DNA of 54,245 nucleotides from Nemertoderma westbladi (GCA_032718475.1 JAUCBJ010000349.1:1-54245); one strand, 5' to 3'. Shown: positions 1 to 10,842, numbered from the stretch's first letter. The notes: a model not told the origin generated them from the sequence alone. A program made the numbers and translations.

Positions 1-1
1 T

Positions 2-484
2 AGAAACGTTAACCCTAATGATATAACCACATATCACCTGATCAATTTTATCCGTACGGACCCTGAGTATGGCGACATTTTCGTGAACTCGCATCCTGAA
101 CTCCAGGAAGTATCTCAGCGCCCATATGAATACCGAACCCGAGAACGCGAGCTGGAGAGAACCATTAAACCGAGAAAGTTCCTCACCACTCACGGTCCAC
201 CCACCGCTAGTGTCCAGACGATCCGTCAAGGACCCGTAGGAGCTGCTGTCTTGAGACGCGCTCTAAAGGCCGTTAGACCTCACTCCCCTGAGATTGATAT
301 TACTCAACCAGGTACTTCGACCGGCGGGTATACCGATCGTAACCCTGCACCCTCTGATGCAATTATATTGCACCCTTCGCCTAGGAGCTACAGCCCTCCT
401 CGTAAAGTGGCTCGCCCCAAAGAGAAAAGGACTCTTGTTAATCTTAAGAAACTGTGTAAACGCCGTCCGCGCAAGAAAGACTAA
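2..484 (+). CDS. 3' end of an unidentified ORF open from the window edge (>=160 aa; Pro/Ser-rich, very basic C-terminus); possibly mobile-element or virus derived
   Basis: Frame of the listed 83-484 ORF has no stop back to position 2 (RNVNPNDITTYHLINFIRTDPEYGDIFVNSHPEL...KKLCKRRPRKKD*). No family recognised. Confidence 0.35.
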   Translation, partial: RNVNPNDITTYHLINFIRTDPEYGDIFVNSHPELQEVSQRPYEYRTRERELERTIKPRKFLTTHGPPTASVQTIRQGPVGAAVLRRALKAVRPHSPEIDITQPGTSTGGYTDRNPAPSDAIILHPSPRSYSPPRKVARPKEKRTLVNLKKLCKRRPRKKD

Positions 485-1136
485 CTGTTTAGAGTATCTT
501 TATGTTTTAGAAACTGTGATTTTTATATTTTATAGACTGAAAATCCCATTTTCTGGGAGCGGTGTAAAAGCCTTTGCTGAATTGCCCCGTTATTTTTATT
601 ATCTTTTACATTAAAATACTCTGTAGTTGATTTAATAAGTGTAAGAGACCGTATTATTGCTGTATCGGTGTTTTTAGAGGATCTAAGACCTATTTCCTCC
701 GTATGTGTACTGTGAAAGGCATATTTTATGATTCTATGGCAATTCGTGACGCAAAAGGGTGATAGCTACTCTTGAACAGTAGTTACTATGACTACGGTTA
801 ACAGCTGACATTTATATGTGTTGATTTCCTTTGTTCTACGGCGTCTCTCAGTTCAGTCAGCCAATTAGAGCGTTTTTGTGGCTCCTTGTACAGAAAATTT
901 CCGAGAAATGACGCAATGCCTATGTGCAGTGTTTACATTCAGTCCTGAGCCAAAGAAAGAACGGCTTGGAAGTATTTTTGTGCTTTACTGTTTTTAGTCT
1001 TACACTAGTAGGTTTAATTATAAAGGGCATATATCCTTTAACTGCGGACCGGCATACATGCTGACTGATGATCATACATACTGACTGCTGAAACATTGCA
1101 AACTCATAACAATCAGTGTTCAGTTGTTGTTTTATA

Positions 1137-1800
1137 CTGCTATTTACTGTCAGTTCTTCATAATATGGTTGATGAATTATTATATTTGGAATAACGATAA
1201 ATAACCCCGAAACCCAATATTCTTGATATACCGAAGGTAAGAGAGAAAGGTTACCAATAACGATTGTGACTTATGTTAAAGTGGTTTGAAGTGAATCTAA
1301 TGTTATTTGATAGACCCTACATGAGTCAGCCTGTGTTCCTTTTATATGTGACTAAAATCAGTGAAGATTGGCAGATTAGTGTGCAGTATTGTGCAGCATT
1401 GCGTATGAGCGAGTCTGTTAAAGAAGCAATTCCTAAAGAATGCGCCATATATGTGAATTATAATTAAGCCATATCGTTGTGAGTAGTTTAAGTCATAACT
1501 CTGTTTATATAGATAAAGCGCCACGTCCTAAAGGAACTGTTAATATTCCCGAAGGTAAATAATATTGTCAGAGATTATATAATACTGTCAGTCGAATAAT
1601 ACATTAGGCTTACATAGCAACAAAATTAAACCGTCGAACCCAATCTCCCGGGAATATCCAGCGGGTGAATGGTCGCGCACGGATTGGTTTCGACTAGTGT
1701 AGTGAATCAAATACGTGTCATAGGCTAAAAAGCGATTTAATATCTAGAAGACATCTTAATTTGGCGGGTTAAACTGCCAAAGGTCTGAAAGCGCGAACAC
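1137..1800 (+). ncRNA. Copy A of a dispersed ~650-nt non-coding element with conserved, covarying secondary structure (candidate structured RNA or RNA-derived repeat)
   Basis: Block-wise homology to the reverse complement of 5557-6247. Compensatory changes in helices 1633-1646/1681-1694 and 1265-1273/1489-1497. G-U pairs form only on this strand. No shared ORF. Confidence 0.5.
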
Positions 1801-1991
1801 ACACTGCACTGCTGCACTACTGCTGCAGCACACGGCTGTACATACACTGTACTGCTGTATGCAGACATACCATACAACTGTACACTGTATCAAAGAGACT
1901 GCCTGTGCGTCAGTGCGTTGCCAATACTACAGCACAGCTGATCAATAACCAGTATTTTCATGTATTTGTAGGCCTAACTTCTCCTGTTCTC

Positions 1992-2181
1992 TGCTTGTTG
2001 CGCCATCGGCGCTACAGACAGACAGAAATGGAATGCCATAGAACGCAACAGAATGTACAAGCCAATGGAATTAGAGTGGAATGTATAAACCAATATTAGG
2101 TTGTTGCGCTGTTGCGCCAATGTTGTACATTGGTTATAGGGCTGTTGTGCTGTCAGGCTGTTGCTTGTTTTCCAGGAAGCC
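1992..2181 (+). promoter_or_regulatory. Promoter-proximal module shared with the NAGK upstream region (GCGCCATC motif plus two CCAAT boxes 28 bp apart)
   Basis: Homologous to the reverse complement of 52314-52491. CCAAT at 2062 and 2090. Ends 266 bp before the TRAPPC10 ATG. Confidence 0.55.
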
Positions 2182-2446
2182 CTAAAAACCCCATACAAAA
2201 CTAAACTATACTAAAACTACAGGACTACAGAACTAAGTCAGCAAGTAGTGCTGAAGTGAAGTTGTTCTTAACAGCTTAATCCCGTACCGCAGTACGGGTC
2301 TAGAGACCCTCTACCTGTCCTGCTGTCTACAGGACAGCCTGACCCCTGACAGCCCTACTGCAGTAGGCCCTACTAACTGCTACAGTGCTACTGCCAGACC
2401 TGCAGACTACTGTACTGATCCAGACTGCCAGAGATTAAATGGACTG

Positions 2447-2523
2447 ATGGATTACAAGCCGCGAATTACATATTACGGTGATCAGGGATTATTTCATTCT
2501 CTTCAAACGTCACTCTACCACCG
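2447..2523 (+). CDS. TRAPPC10: TRAPPC10 (TRAPP II subunit, Trs130/TMEM1) coding exon 1
   Basis: ATG at 2447 gives MDYKPRITYYGDQGLFHSLQTSLYH, resembling the TRAPPC10 N-terminus (MENKPIVTCAGDQNLF..., recalled). GTAAGT donor at 2524. Phase-2 join to exon 2 is in frame. Confidence 0.85.
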
Positions 2524-3021
2524 GTAAGTCAAAGATGTCAGGTCAATACAGCAATACCCCAATACCTACCGTTCATAGGCTTACATTTTGCTACGCTACA
2601 GTCTGACAGTCCGCTTCGCGGACCTCCGCTGACTCCACTCCATTCCAGCCAGCCAGCCCTCTGGCAGGATTGCATTTATCGGGATGTCGGGCATGATTCC
2701 CCATAGGCTGATAGGCCTACCTCCCGACTTTTAATATGTGATTGCTGGATTATTTTAATTGTAAACCGAAATCTATTGTAAATAAAAATAATTGTGTCTA
2801 ATTTCGAATTTGTTTATGTAATTTGCACAGTGCGAGTGCAGCAGTCAGGCAGTGCCCGTACTATACAGTACAGCCGTATATTCTTATATTACTGTATTAC
2901 AGTATTAATCGTTGTGTTTATAAATCTATATAGGCCTATATGTATTATATTTTACTTCGTTTCTCAAATAAATAATTCCAAATTAATTGTTGTTTTAAAC
3001 TTTGTTTACCCTTTACCCTAG

Positions 3022-3880
3022 TCTGTCTACGAAGGAATGCGAATGGCTGCGATCGAACGGTCAGCCCTCCCGTAACCTATTCCTAGACGTTGACTTCCTT
3101 CCGTTCACTCCAGATCTCCTCCGCTCCGGGGGACTTCCGACTACTGACGTCATCCGCCACCCATTCCTCAACATCTTCCTCACTGACGTATCCGAACTAG
3201 AGACTTACAGACTCGGTACCAAAGAAAACATAACCGCGTGGCTCAACTCACTGAGAGCCCGAGACTCTCCCGATTGGCTAATCATCCACGTTATAGATTC
3301 ACGGAGAAAACAAATCAAATCCTCTACGATCCTCCCTAAAACCTCCACGTACGACAAGATCCGCGCGGATTTCGGTAGCCCCAAGGGACAGGACCGGTGC
3401 GTGAGTCTGTACGAACCATTCAAGGACGGTTCAAGAACCGCCGACTCTTGGTCCTTCGCGGTTAAACGAATCAACTCGTTGTTGGTGGATTCGTTAACTC
3501 GAGTTGTTTGGAATCTCGAGGAATCGATTCGCTGCGAACGCGACCGATGGAACTCCTCAGGATGGGACTTTATAAACTTCTTCCTCCTCCAGGAGGAGTT
3601 GTCGTTCCTCTACGAGATGCTGGGTTTATACGAAGAGGCGCTGGACCAGTACGACCAGTTGGACGCTCTCTTCTCTCAGCACGTAATAAACAGCGACCAA
3701 GGCGACCCGGCCCCGTGGTTGTCTATGTTTAACAGTTCGGTAAACTCCTGGGACGGCATCTCCCTGTCCAAGTCCGCGCTCTGGGACCAGAGGCAACTCA
3801 TTATCTCTCACAAATCTTCCTTACTCGATCTACGTAGCTATTTGTTCGGCCAACAAGCTACTTTATTGTTCTTCCTTAAG
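3022..3880 (+). CDS. TRAPPC10: TRAPPC10 coding exon 2
   Basis: Acceptor ..ctttaccctag at 3021, donor AAG|GTAAAT at 3881. Motifs PFLNIF, DWLII, DKIRADF, WDFINFFLLQEELSFLYEMLGLYEEALDQYDQLDALFSQ and LLDLRSYLF are typical of TRAPPC10. Confidence 0.95.
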
Positions 3881-4029
3881 GTAAATATTACCGGGTTAAC
3901 TTCGAATTGTGTAAATATTGAAACCAAAAACCACAAGCTAACTATATTGGCTAGGGATGTGAGTTTCTGGAATATGTTTTTTTCATAGCAATTTCCGGGA
4001 TAGTATACTTCATCCGTAGTTACGACCAC

Positions 4030-4790
4030 AATAGATCCAAGACAACGAACCACATCAACACACCTAAGCAGGAATCACTCGTTTCCAATGTTTGCTGCTC
4101 TACATGTGTTTTCCTATGTCCGTAATGCAATAGAGTTCCAAAAAGCTGCTGGTATTTCCCGTTCTTTAGAATGTACTACTTCATTGTCTTTCTGAAATTC
4201 CGGCGTGGCAGTGAGGTTGAGTTGTCTGGCAATGTCTCGAATTTAGGTCTTCTCCTCACAAATAGCTAGAATCAGTCTGTTTTGAGTGCATTTGTGGACT
4301 CCAATGACCTTCTTTAGGGAGCTGGACAGGTGGGGCCAGTTCTCTTGCAGTCCGTATGTTATAATTGGCTGTACCTTTAGACGAAATAACGCCACTGCGG
4401 TTCTTAAGGAAAGCATCTGTGGTTTTTTTATACAATGAGCAGTCCTCCGCGGCGAAATTTCATTATAGCCGTTTTATCAAGGTTTACTTCCAGGCCGCCG
4501 TAGCATCCAACCCTGGTTGAATAACTTATCTAGAGTCACTGTAGAATCGCACGTCGTCAGCAAACAGTAAAATAATTATTTCTCCAATATAGCGAGCAAA
4601 TCGTTTGATGTAATCCACTAAACAAGAAGGGGTTCAGTGTGTCTCCTTGGAGCAACGCTCTCGATTGCTCATTAATTCTAGAATTTCTTAGGCCATCATT
4701 GATTTGAATGTAATTTGTCAATGTATAACTTGTATCTTGTGATTCCAGTTAATGCATTTTAGTCATTTGGAGTTGGTCGTGAACCTATAT
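4030..4790 (-). mobile_element. Decayed non-LTR retrotransposon (LINE) reverse-transcriptase fragment in TRAPPC10 intron 2
   Basis: Minus-strand translation gives LLQGDTLNPFLF, LLFADDVRFY (FADD at 4553-4564), VNLDKTAIMKFRRGG and LFRLKVQPIITYG, broken by frameshifts and stops. Boundaries approximate. Confidence 0.85.
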
Positions 4791-4975
4791 AATTGTATGT
4801 CGGTCTGTCTGTCCGGTTGTCTGTCTGCCATTTAATAATATTGAGGTGACAACTATTATAAATTAATTGTTATATCCAATATTTTGAATAAATAAATATT
4901 ACTTAATGTAATTTAACACTTTATATATTAATATTATATTATCTTACTGTATTACAACTTAGCATTGTGTTACAG

Positions 4976-5121
4976 AGACCGTGGCAGGTTGCAGACAGGG
5001 CCATACCCTTTATACTCTCGTGCGTTAAGGAAGTCTCTATCCTGGAGGTTTCGCTTCCCCGTGGAGCTGTATCCTGTTGGGGTTTCCTCACGTGTCTGGA
5101 ACTCTTGCAACTATGTGAGAG
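4976..5121 (+). CDS. TRAPPC10: TRAPPC10 coding exon 3
   Basis: ttacag| acceptor and |gtaagt donor. Encodes RPWQVADRAIPFILSCVKEVSILEVSLPRGAVSCWGFLTCLELLQLCE, matching TRAPPC10 RPWEVAQRA...GALDCWVFLSCLE. Phases 0 and 2 fit both neighbouring exons. Confidence 0.93.
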
Positions 5122-5185
5122 GTAAGTTGAGAAACAACGTTACCAAGTTACCAAGGTACAAAGTTACCAAATATAATTACACATT

Positions 5186-7120
5186 ATTATGGCACATTTA
5201 ATATTAAACCTCAACTACATTTGTATCCCCTAGAATTAATTATTTCACGTAAAAAGTTTATTTATTTACTATAAAAATAGCGTAAATGCTATTTTTAAGG
5301 AGATTAAATTAATTTTATTTATTTGTATGGAATTTATTTCGCCGCACCAAATCGCCAGAGCGACATATTTTCTAACTTTACATCGCAGTGCTTCATTATT
5401 TCTCAGTATGTCTCTACGCCATACATTTTACTATGTATATCCATCCAGTGTGTCACCGCGACATTATTAGGTTGTTCTAGAATATGGATATATAAGCGAT
5501 ATGGACAACTTAATCCCACTAATTTAATAAAATTATTATAAATCATATATATTGTACAGTGTTCGCGCTTTTAAGACCTTTGGCAGTTTAACCCGCCAAA
5601 TCTATACGTCTTCTAGGTTATAAATCTACTTTAGCCTGGGACAAGTATTGAACACCTATAATAATTCTAACATTAGCCGAAGCCAGTCTGTGCGCGACCA
5701 TTCACCCGCTGGATATACCCGGGAGACTGGATTCGGATGCTTTAATTTGATTGCGGTGCAGGCCTACCGTACTATTCGATTGATCGTTAATATATAATCT
5801 CTGACGAATATTATTCACTTTCGGGAAATATTAGCAGTTCCTTTAGGACGTGGCGCTCTATCTATATAAACAGAGCTATGGCTTACACTAAACACAACGA
5901 ATGGATTATAAGTTACACATAAGACGCATTCTTTAGGAGATGCTTTGTTACGCGGACAAGCACATCAGACTATTGCACACCGCTGCACACTGAATTGCCG
6001 ATAGTCACTGATTTTAATCATATATAAAGAGAATAGCAACCGGCATTTGTAGGGCCTATAAAATAGCATTCAATTCACTACACACTACAAACCACGATAA
6101 TATAAGCCGCAATTGCTATATGTAGCCGGTCTCTCTAACCTTAGTGTATCAAGAAGATCGGGGTTTCTGATCGTTTATAGTTATTCTCCAAATAACAATA
6201 TGCAAACGAATGATACATTTAATAACAAACAGCAAATAGCAGTAAATAATGTGCAATACAGCAGCAGGTACCGTACCGGTCCTCACGCTGTCCAGTGCTG
6301 GTCATGTACCGTAGTACCGGTAACAGTTATGTGATCTTATAATTAAAGACGTTCTAATGTTGGAATAATTCAGAATAATTCCATGGCCGATGTTCATGGC
6401 ATCAGGAAAACCAACACTCTGAACCCTGTGAGCTGCTGCAGGTAGATTTCAACACAGAAAGGAAAAGCTCTCATTGGCAGAGTTCCATATTCCACAGGTT
6501 CCAAATCGTCTAAAATGCCAAACCACCCTAGCCTTTGCAGCCAATTACATTGATTTAGCCAACATAAGGCTGAATCGCTCTGCTTGGTTGACCTTGCTCT
6601 GGTTGGTTGATCGAACCCAACAAAGAGGCCGTCGCTAGGCAAATCAGCCAATCAGCCGGTAGCTTTCATCCTTTGAGTTAGGGAGTTTTTCTTTAGAGTA
6701 TTTGAGCGCATTAAGGGAAACTGGATTGCGAAGCAAAAGGGCCAGTTATATCCCGCAAAAGCTTTTACATACAGGATAACACAATATTAAAGTAACGAAC
6801 AAACAATTAAAAGCAATTAAAAATCGCACCACCAAGGAATAGCAAGAATGCCACCACCAAATCAATAATTATCTGGTAAGTCAGACCCACGCAGACCAGC
6901 TCCGTCCCCGAACCCGAGACACCTCCAGGACCGCCGACCCCCACCCCCTTGTTCTATTATTCCCCTCGCTGTCGCTCGGGAAACAACATCACTCGTGCCG
7001 TAACGCTATGACGTAGTTTTTTCACGCTATTTTTATGGAGAATAAATAATTTTTTTACCTAAAATAACAAATTTTAGGGGAAAGAATGTAGTGAGTTTTA
7101 ATCTAAGTGTATGCCATATA
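5186..7120. mobile_element. Putative non-autonomous TIR element (~1.9 kb) bounded by ~100-bp diverged inverted repeats
   Basis: 5188-5284 (tatggcacatt...actacatt...tcccctagaatt...aaaaatagcgt) is the diverged reverse complement of 7024-7118. No transposase ORF and no clear TSD. Confidence 0.55.
5557..6247 (-). ncRNA. Copy B of the ~650-nt structured non-coding element, antisense within TRAPPC10 intron 3
   Basis: Reverse complement aligns to 1137-1800. Helix 5677-5689/5724-5736 is retained with compensatory substitutions relative to copy A. Confidence 0.5.
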
Positions 7121-7464
7121 ATATTACTTACTACTACGTAGAGCGAACTACGTGTACAATTAATTAATATTCTAGAATTGAGTAAAAAAAACATTAGAAT
7201 TACAGCGATTTACGTCTCAGCAATTTTTGGTGAAATTTCTAGCGGATTTCAGTTGGGAATCTGCAGATTAAGGCGGTTATTAAGCTTGTCGCCGTAGCTG
7301 TCATAATATTCTTATTCACCGGCCATCAAACTATTTAATATCAAGATAAAACCTATTGTCACCTATGGTCTACAAATTATTTGGCCTTTTCTCAGTGAAT
7401 ACAACTTCCATCTCATAATAAAATTGAAACAAGTTATTTAAAGTGCGTCCTGGGTCTCCATTTT

Positions 7465-8086
7465 CCATGACCATATTTGTATTACTATAGCTAGTTTTTG
7501 CTACTTTTTTTTAAAACTATTCTATTTCATGTTAGCTATAGGTAAAAAAATTATGTTCTAGAACAAATATTTTTTGTTCTATATAATATTTTTATATAAA
7601 AAATAATTCCAGGTAATTCCAGTGTCATAAATAGTTTATTTATCTATAAACATTAAAAAAATAATACATATTAAGAGGCTAGCTAGTGATTTTCCAAATT
7701 AGCTATTATTAAAATAAAAATGTTTTTTCAAAATGATATACTTTTCTTTTATACTATTCTTTGGAAATCTCAATAATATTTGGATCTTTAGAGCACTTCC
7801 CTTTTTGTTTTCATGACGTGGCATTTTATTTAATGAAAACAGTTAAAGTGAACCTACTACTGTAAATATTAAAAAACATTCTAGAATAATATTTTGAAGT
7901 ATTTAAAGGCAACAGATTAACATTTTAAGGTAATTATTAGGAATTATAAATTTTTAAAAAAATGTTCTAGAACAAAAAGATTTGTTCTAGAACATTTTTT
8001 TTTTTGAAAACTATAGCTAATATGACATAGAACTTAAAAAAATAAAGTAGCAAAAACTAGCTGCTACAAAAATATCCCGGTCATGG
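7465..8086. mobile_element. MITE-like element (~620 bp) with ~150-bp imperfect terminal inverted repeats
   Basis: ccatgacc...gctagtttttgctacttt...ttagctatag...tgttctagaacaaat at 7465-7620 is mirrored at 7935-8086. AT-rich and non-coding. Confidence 0.75.
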
Positions 8087-8260
8087 GTACACATACTGTA
8101 GTAGTGCCTAAAAATACAAGAAACAGACTCGTGAACGCGATGTCAGGGCTCAGGGGAGAAGAACGATATCGACATCCAACAACAAATTAATTTACCCGTA
8201 ACGGCCAAATTAATAAGTTAGAATGAAACGGTAAATTTCAAAATTGCAGAAAATTACAGT

Positions 8261-10596
8261 AACTGGGCCGCCACCTCTCCCGATTAATCTACATTCTACT
8301 TCCGAACACTCGCAACCTCAGCAACTGGGCCACCAGCTCCCCCGATTAATCTACATTCTACTTCCGAACACTCGCAACCTCAGCAACTGGGCCACCAGCT
8401 CTCCCGATTAATCTACATTCTACTTCCGAACACTCGCAACCTCAGCAACTGGGCCACCAGCTCTCCCGATTAATCTACATTCTACTTCCGAACACTCGCA
8501 ACCTCAGCAACTGGGCCACCAGCTCTCCCGATTAATCTACATTCTACTTCCGAACACTCGCAACCTCAGCAACTGGGCCACCAGCTCTCCCGATTAATCT
8601 ACATTCTACTTCCGAACACTCGCAACCTCAGCAACTGGGCCACCAGCTCCCCCGATTAATCTACATTCTACTTCCGAACACTCGCAACCTCAGCAACTGG
8701 GCCACCAGCTCTCCCGATTAATCTACATTCTACTTCCGAACACTCGCAACCTCAGCAACTGGGCCACCAGCTCTCCCCATTAATCTACATTCTACTTCCG
8801 AACACTCGCAACCTCAGCAACTGGGCCACCAGCTCCCCCGATTAATCTACATTCTACTTCCGAACACTCGCAACCTCAGCAACTGGGCCACCAGCTCTCC
8901 CGATTAATATACATTCTACTTCCGAACACTCGCAACCTCAGCAACTGGGCCACCACCTCTCCCGATTAATCTACATTCTACTTCCGAACACTCGCAACCT
9001 CAGCAACTGGGCCACCAGCTCTCCCGATTAATCTACATTCTACTTCCGAACACTCGCAACCTCAGCAACTGGGCCACCAGCTCCCCCGATTAATCTACAT
9101 TCTACTTCCGAACACTCGCAACCTCAGCAACTGGGCCACCAGCTCTCCCGATTAATCTACATTCTACTTCCGAACACTCGCAACCTCAGCAACTGGGCCA
9201 CCAGCTCTCCCGATTAATCTACATTCTACTTCCGAACACTCGCAACCTCAGCAACTGGGCCACCAGCTCTCCCGATTAATCTACATTCTACTTCCGAACA
9301 CTCGCAACCTCAGCAACTGGGCCACCAGCTCTCCCGATTAATCTACATTCTACTTCCGAACACTCGCAACCTCAGCAACTGGGCCACCACCTCTCCCGAT
9401 TAATCTACATTCTACTTCCGAACACTCGCAACCTCAGCAACTGGGCCACCACCTCTCCCGATTAATCTACATTCTACTTCCGAACACTCGCAACCTCAGC
9501 AACTGGGCCACCAGCTCTCCCGATTAATCTACATTCTACTTCCGAACACTCGCAACCTCAGCAACTGGGCCACCAGCTCTCCCGATTAATCTACATTCTA
9601 CTTCCGAACACTCGCAACCTCAGCAACTGGGCCACCAGCTCTCCCGATTAATCTACATTCTACTTCCGAACACTCGCAACCTCAGCAACTGGGCCACCAG
9701 CTCTCCCGATTAATCTACATTCTACTTCCGAACACTCGCAACCTCAGCAACTGGGCCACCAGCTCTCCCGATTAATCTACATTCTACTTCCGAACACTCG
9801 CAACCTCAGCAACTGGGCCACCAGCTCTCCCGATTAATCTACATTCTACTTCCGAACACTCGCAACCTCAGCAACTGGGCCACCACCTCTCCCGATTAAT
9901 CTACATTCTACTTCCGAACACTCGCAACCTCAGCAACTGGGCCACCAGCTCCCCCGATTAATCTACATTCTACTTCCGAACACTCGCAACCTCAGCAACT
10001 GGGCCACCAGCTCTCCCGATTAATCTACATTCTACTTCCGAACACTCGCAACCTCAGCAACTGGGCCACCAGCTCCCCCGATTAATCTACATTCTACTTC
10101 CGAACACTCGCAACCTCAGCAACTGGGCCACCAGCTCTCCCGATTAATCTACATTCTACTTCCGAACACTTGCAACCTCAGCAACTGGGCCACCACCTCT
10201 CCCGATTAATCTACATTCTACTTCCGAACACTCGCAACCTCAGCAACTGGGCCGCCAGCTCTCCCGATTAATCTACATTCTACTTCCGAACACTTGCAAC
10301 CTCAGCAACTGGGCCACCACCTCTCCCGATTAATCTACATTCTACTTCCGAACACTCACAACCTCAGCAACTGGGCCACCAGCTCTCCCGATTAATCTAC
10401 ATTCTACTTCCGAACACTCGCAACCTCAGCAACTGGGCCACCACCTCTCCCGATTAATCTACATTCTACTTCCGAACACTCGCAACCTCAGCAACTGGGC
10501 CACCACCTCTCCCGATTAATCTACATTCTACTTCCGAACACTCGCAACCTCAGCAACTGGGCCCCCAGCTCTCCCGATTAATCTACGTTCTACTTC
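8261..10596 (+). repeat. 62-bp minisatellite, ~37.7 near-identical copies, in TRAPPC10 intron 3
   Basis: Unit aactgggccaccagctctcccgattaatctacattctacttccgaacactcgcaacctcagc. Starts at 8261, 8323 and so on. Confidence 0.98.
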
Positions 10597-10842
10597 GGCC
10601 TCCTTTTATACAAACATTTTATTAGATTTTATTTCATCAATTTAAATTTTTAATTATTTATTTTATTAAGTGCCAGTTCCATGGCTTTATTCAATAAATA
10701 TAATTTGTTATTATAAATTTTAAAGTTTTAGAAATATTTCTAGACTAGTTTAAAAAATTTAGAAATCACTATTTTCATTTATAAATTTCACTAACATATT
10801 TAAAAAAAGACGCTGCATCAATGGCTTTCCATCCCCCTTTAG

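Noticed and set aside
1040-1110. Hammerhead-like CTGATGA...GAAA
   Set aside because: Stem II does not close next to the core and no consistent stems I/III with an NUH site could be built.
1567-1765. Group I intron R/S-like words (gtcagagattata; aagacat) and an HDV-like ggtgaatgg in the structured element
   Set aside because: The P7 partner is not conserved between the two copies, and the HDV catalytic C and nested pseudoknot are absent. No family assignment is supportable.
3881-3988. C-terminal extension of the 3002-3988 ORF and its TTG start
   Set aside because: This is read-through into intron 2, and the TTG start lies in intron 1. Homology stops at the AAG|GT donor and resumes at 4976.
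7550-8000. Heat-shock-element-like TTCTAGAA clusters
   Set aside because: They are mostly two-unit palindromes belonging to the MITE TIRs in an intron, with no evidence of a regulatory role.
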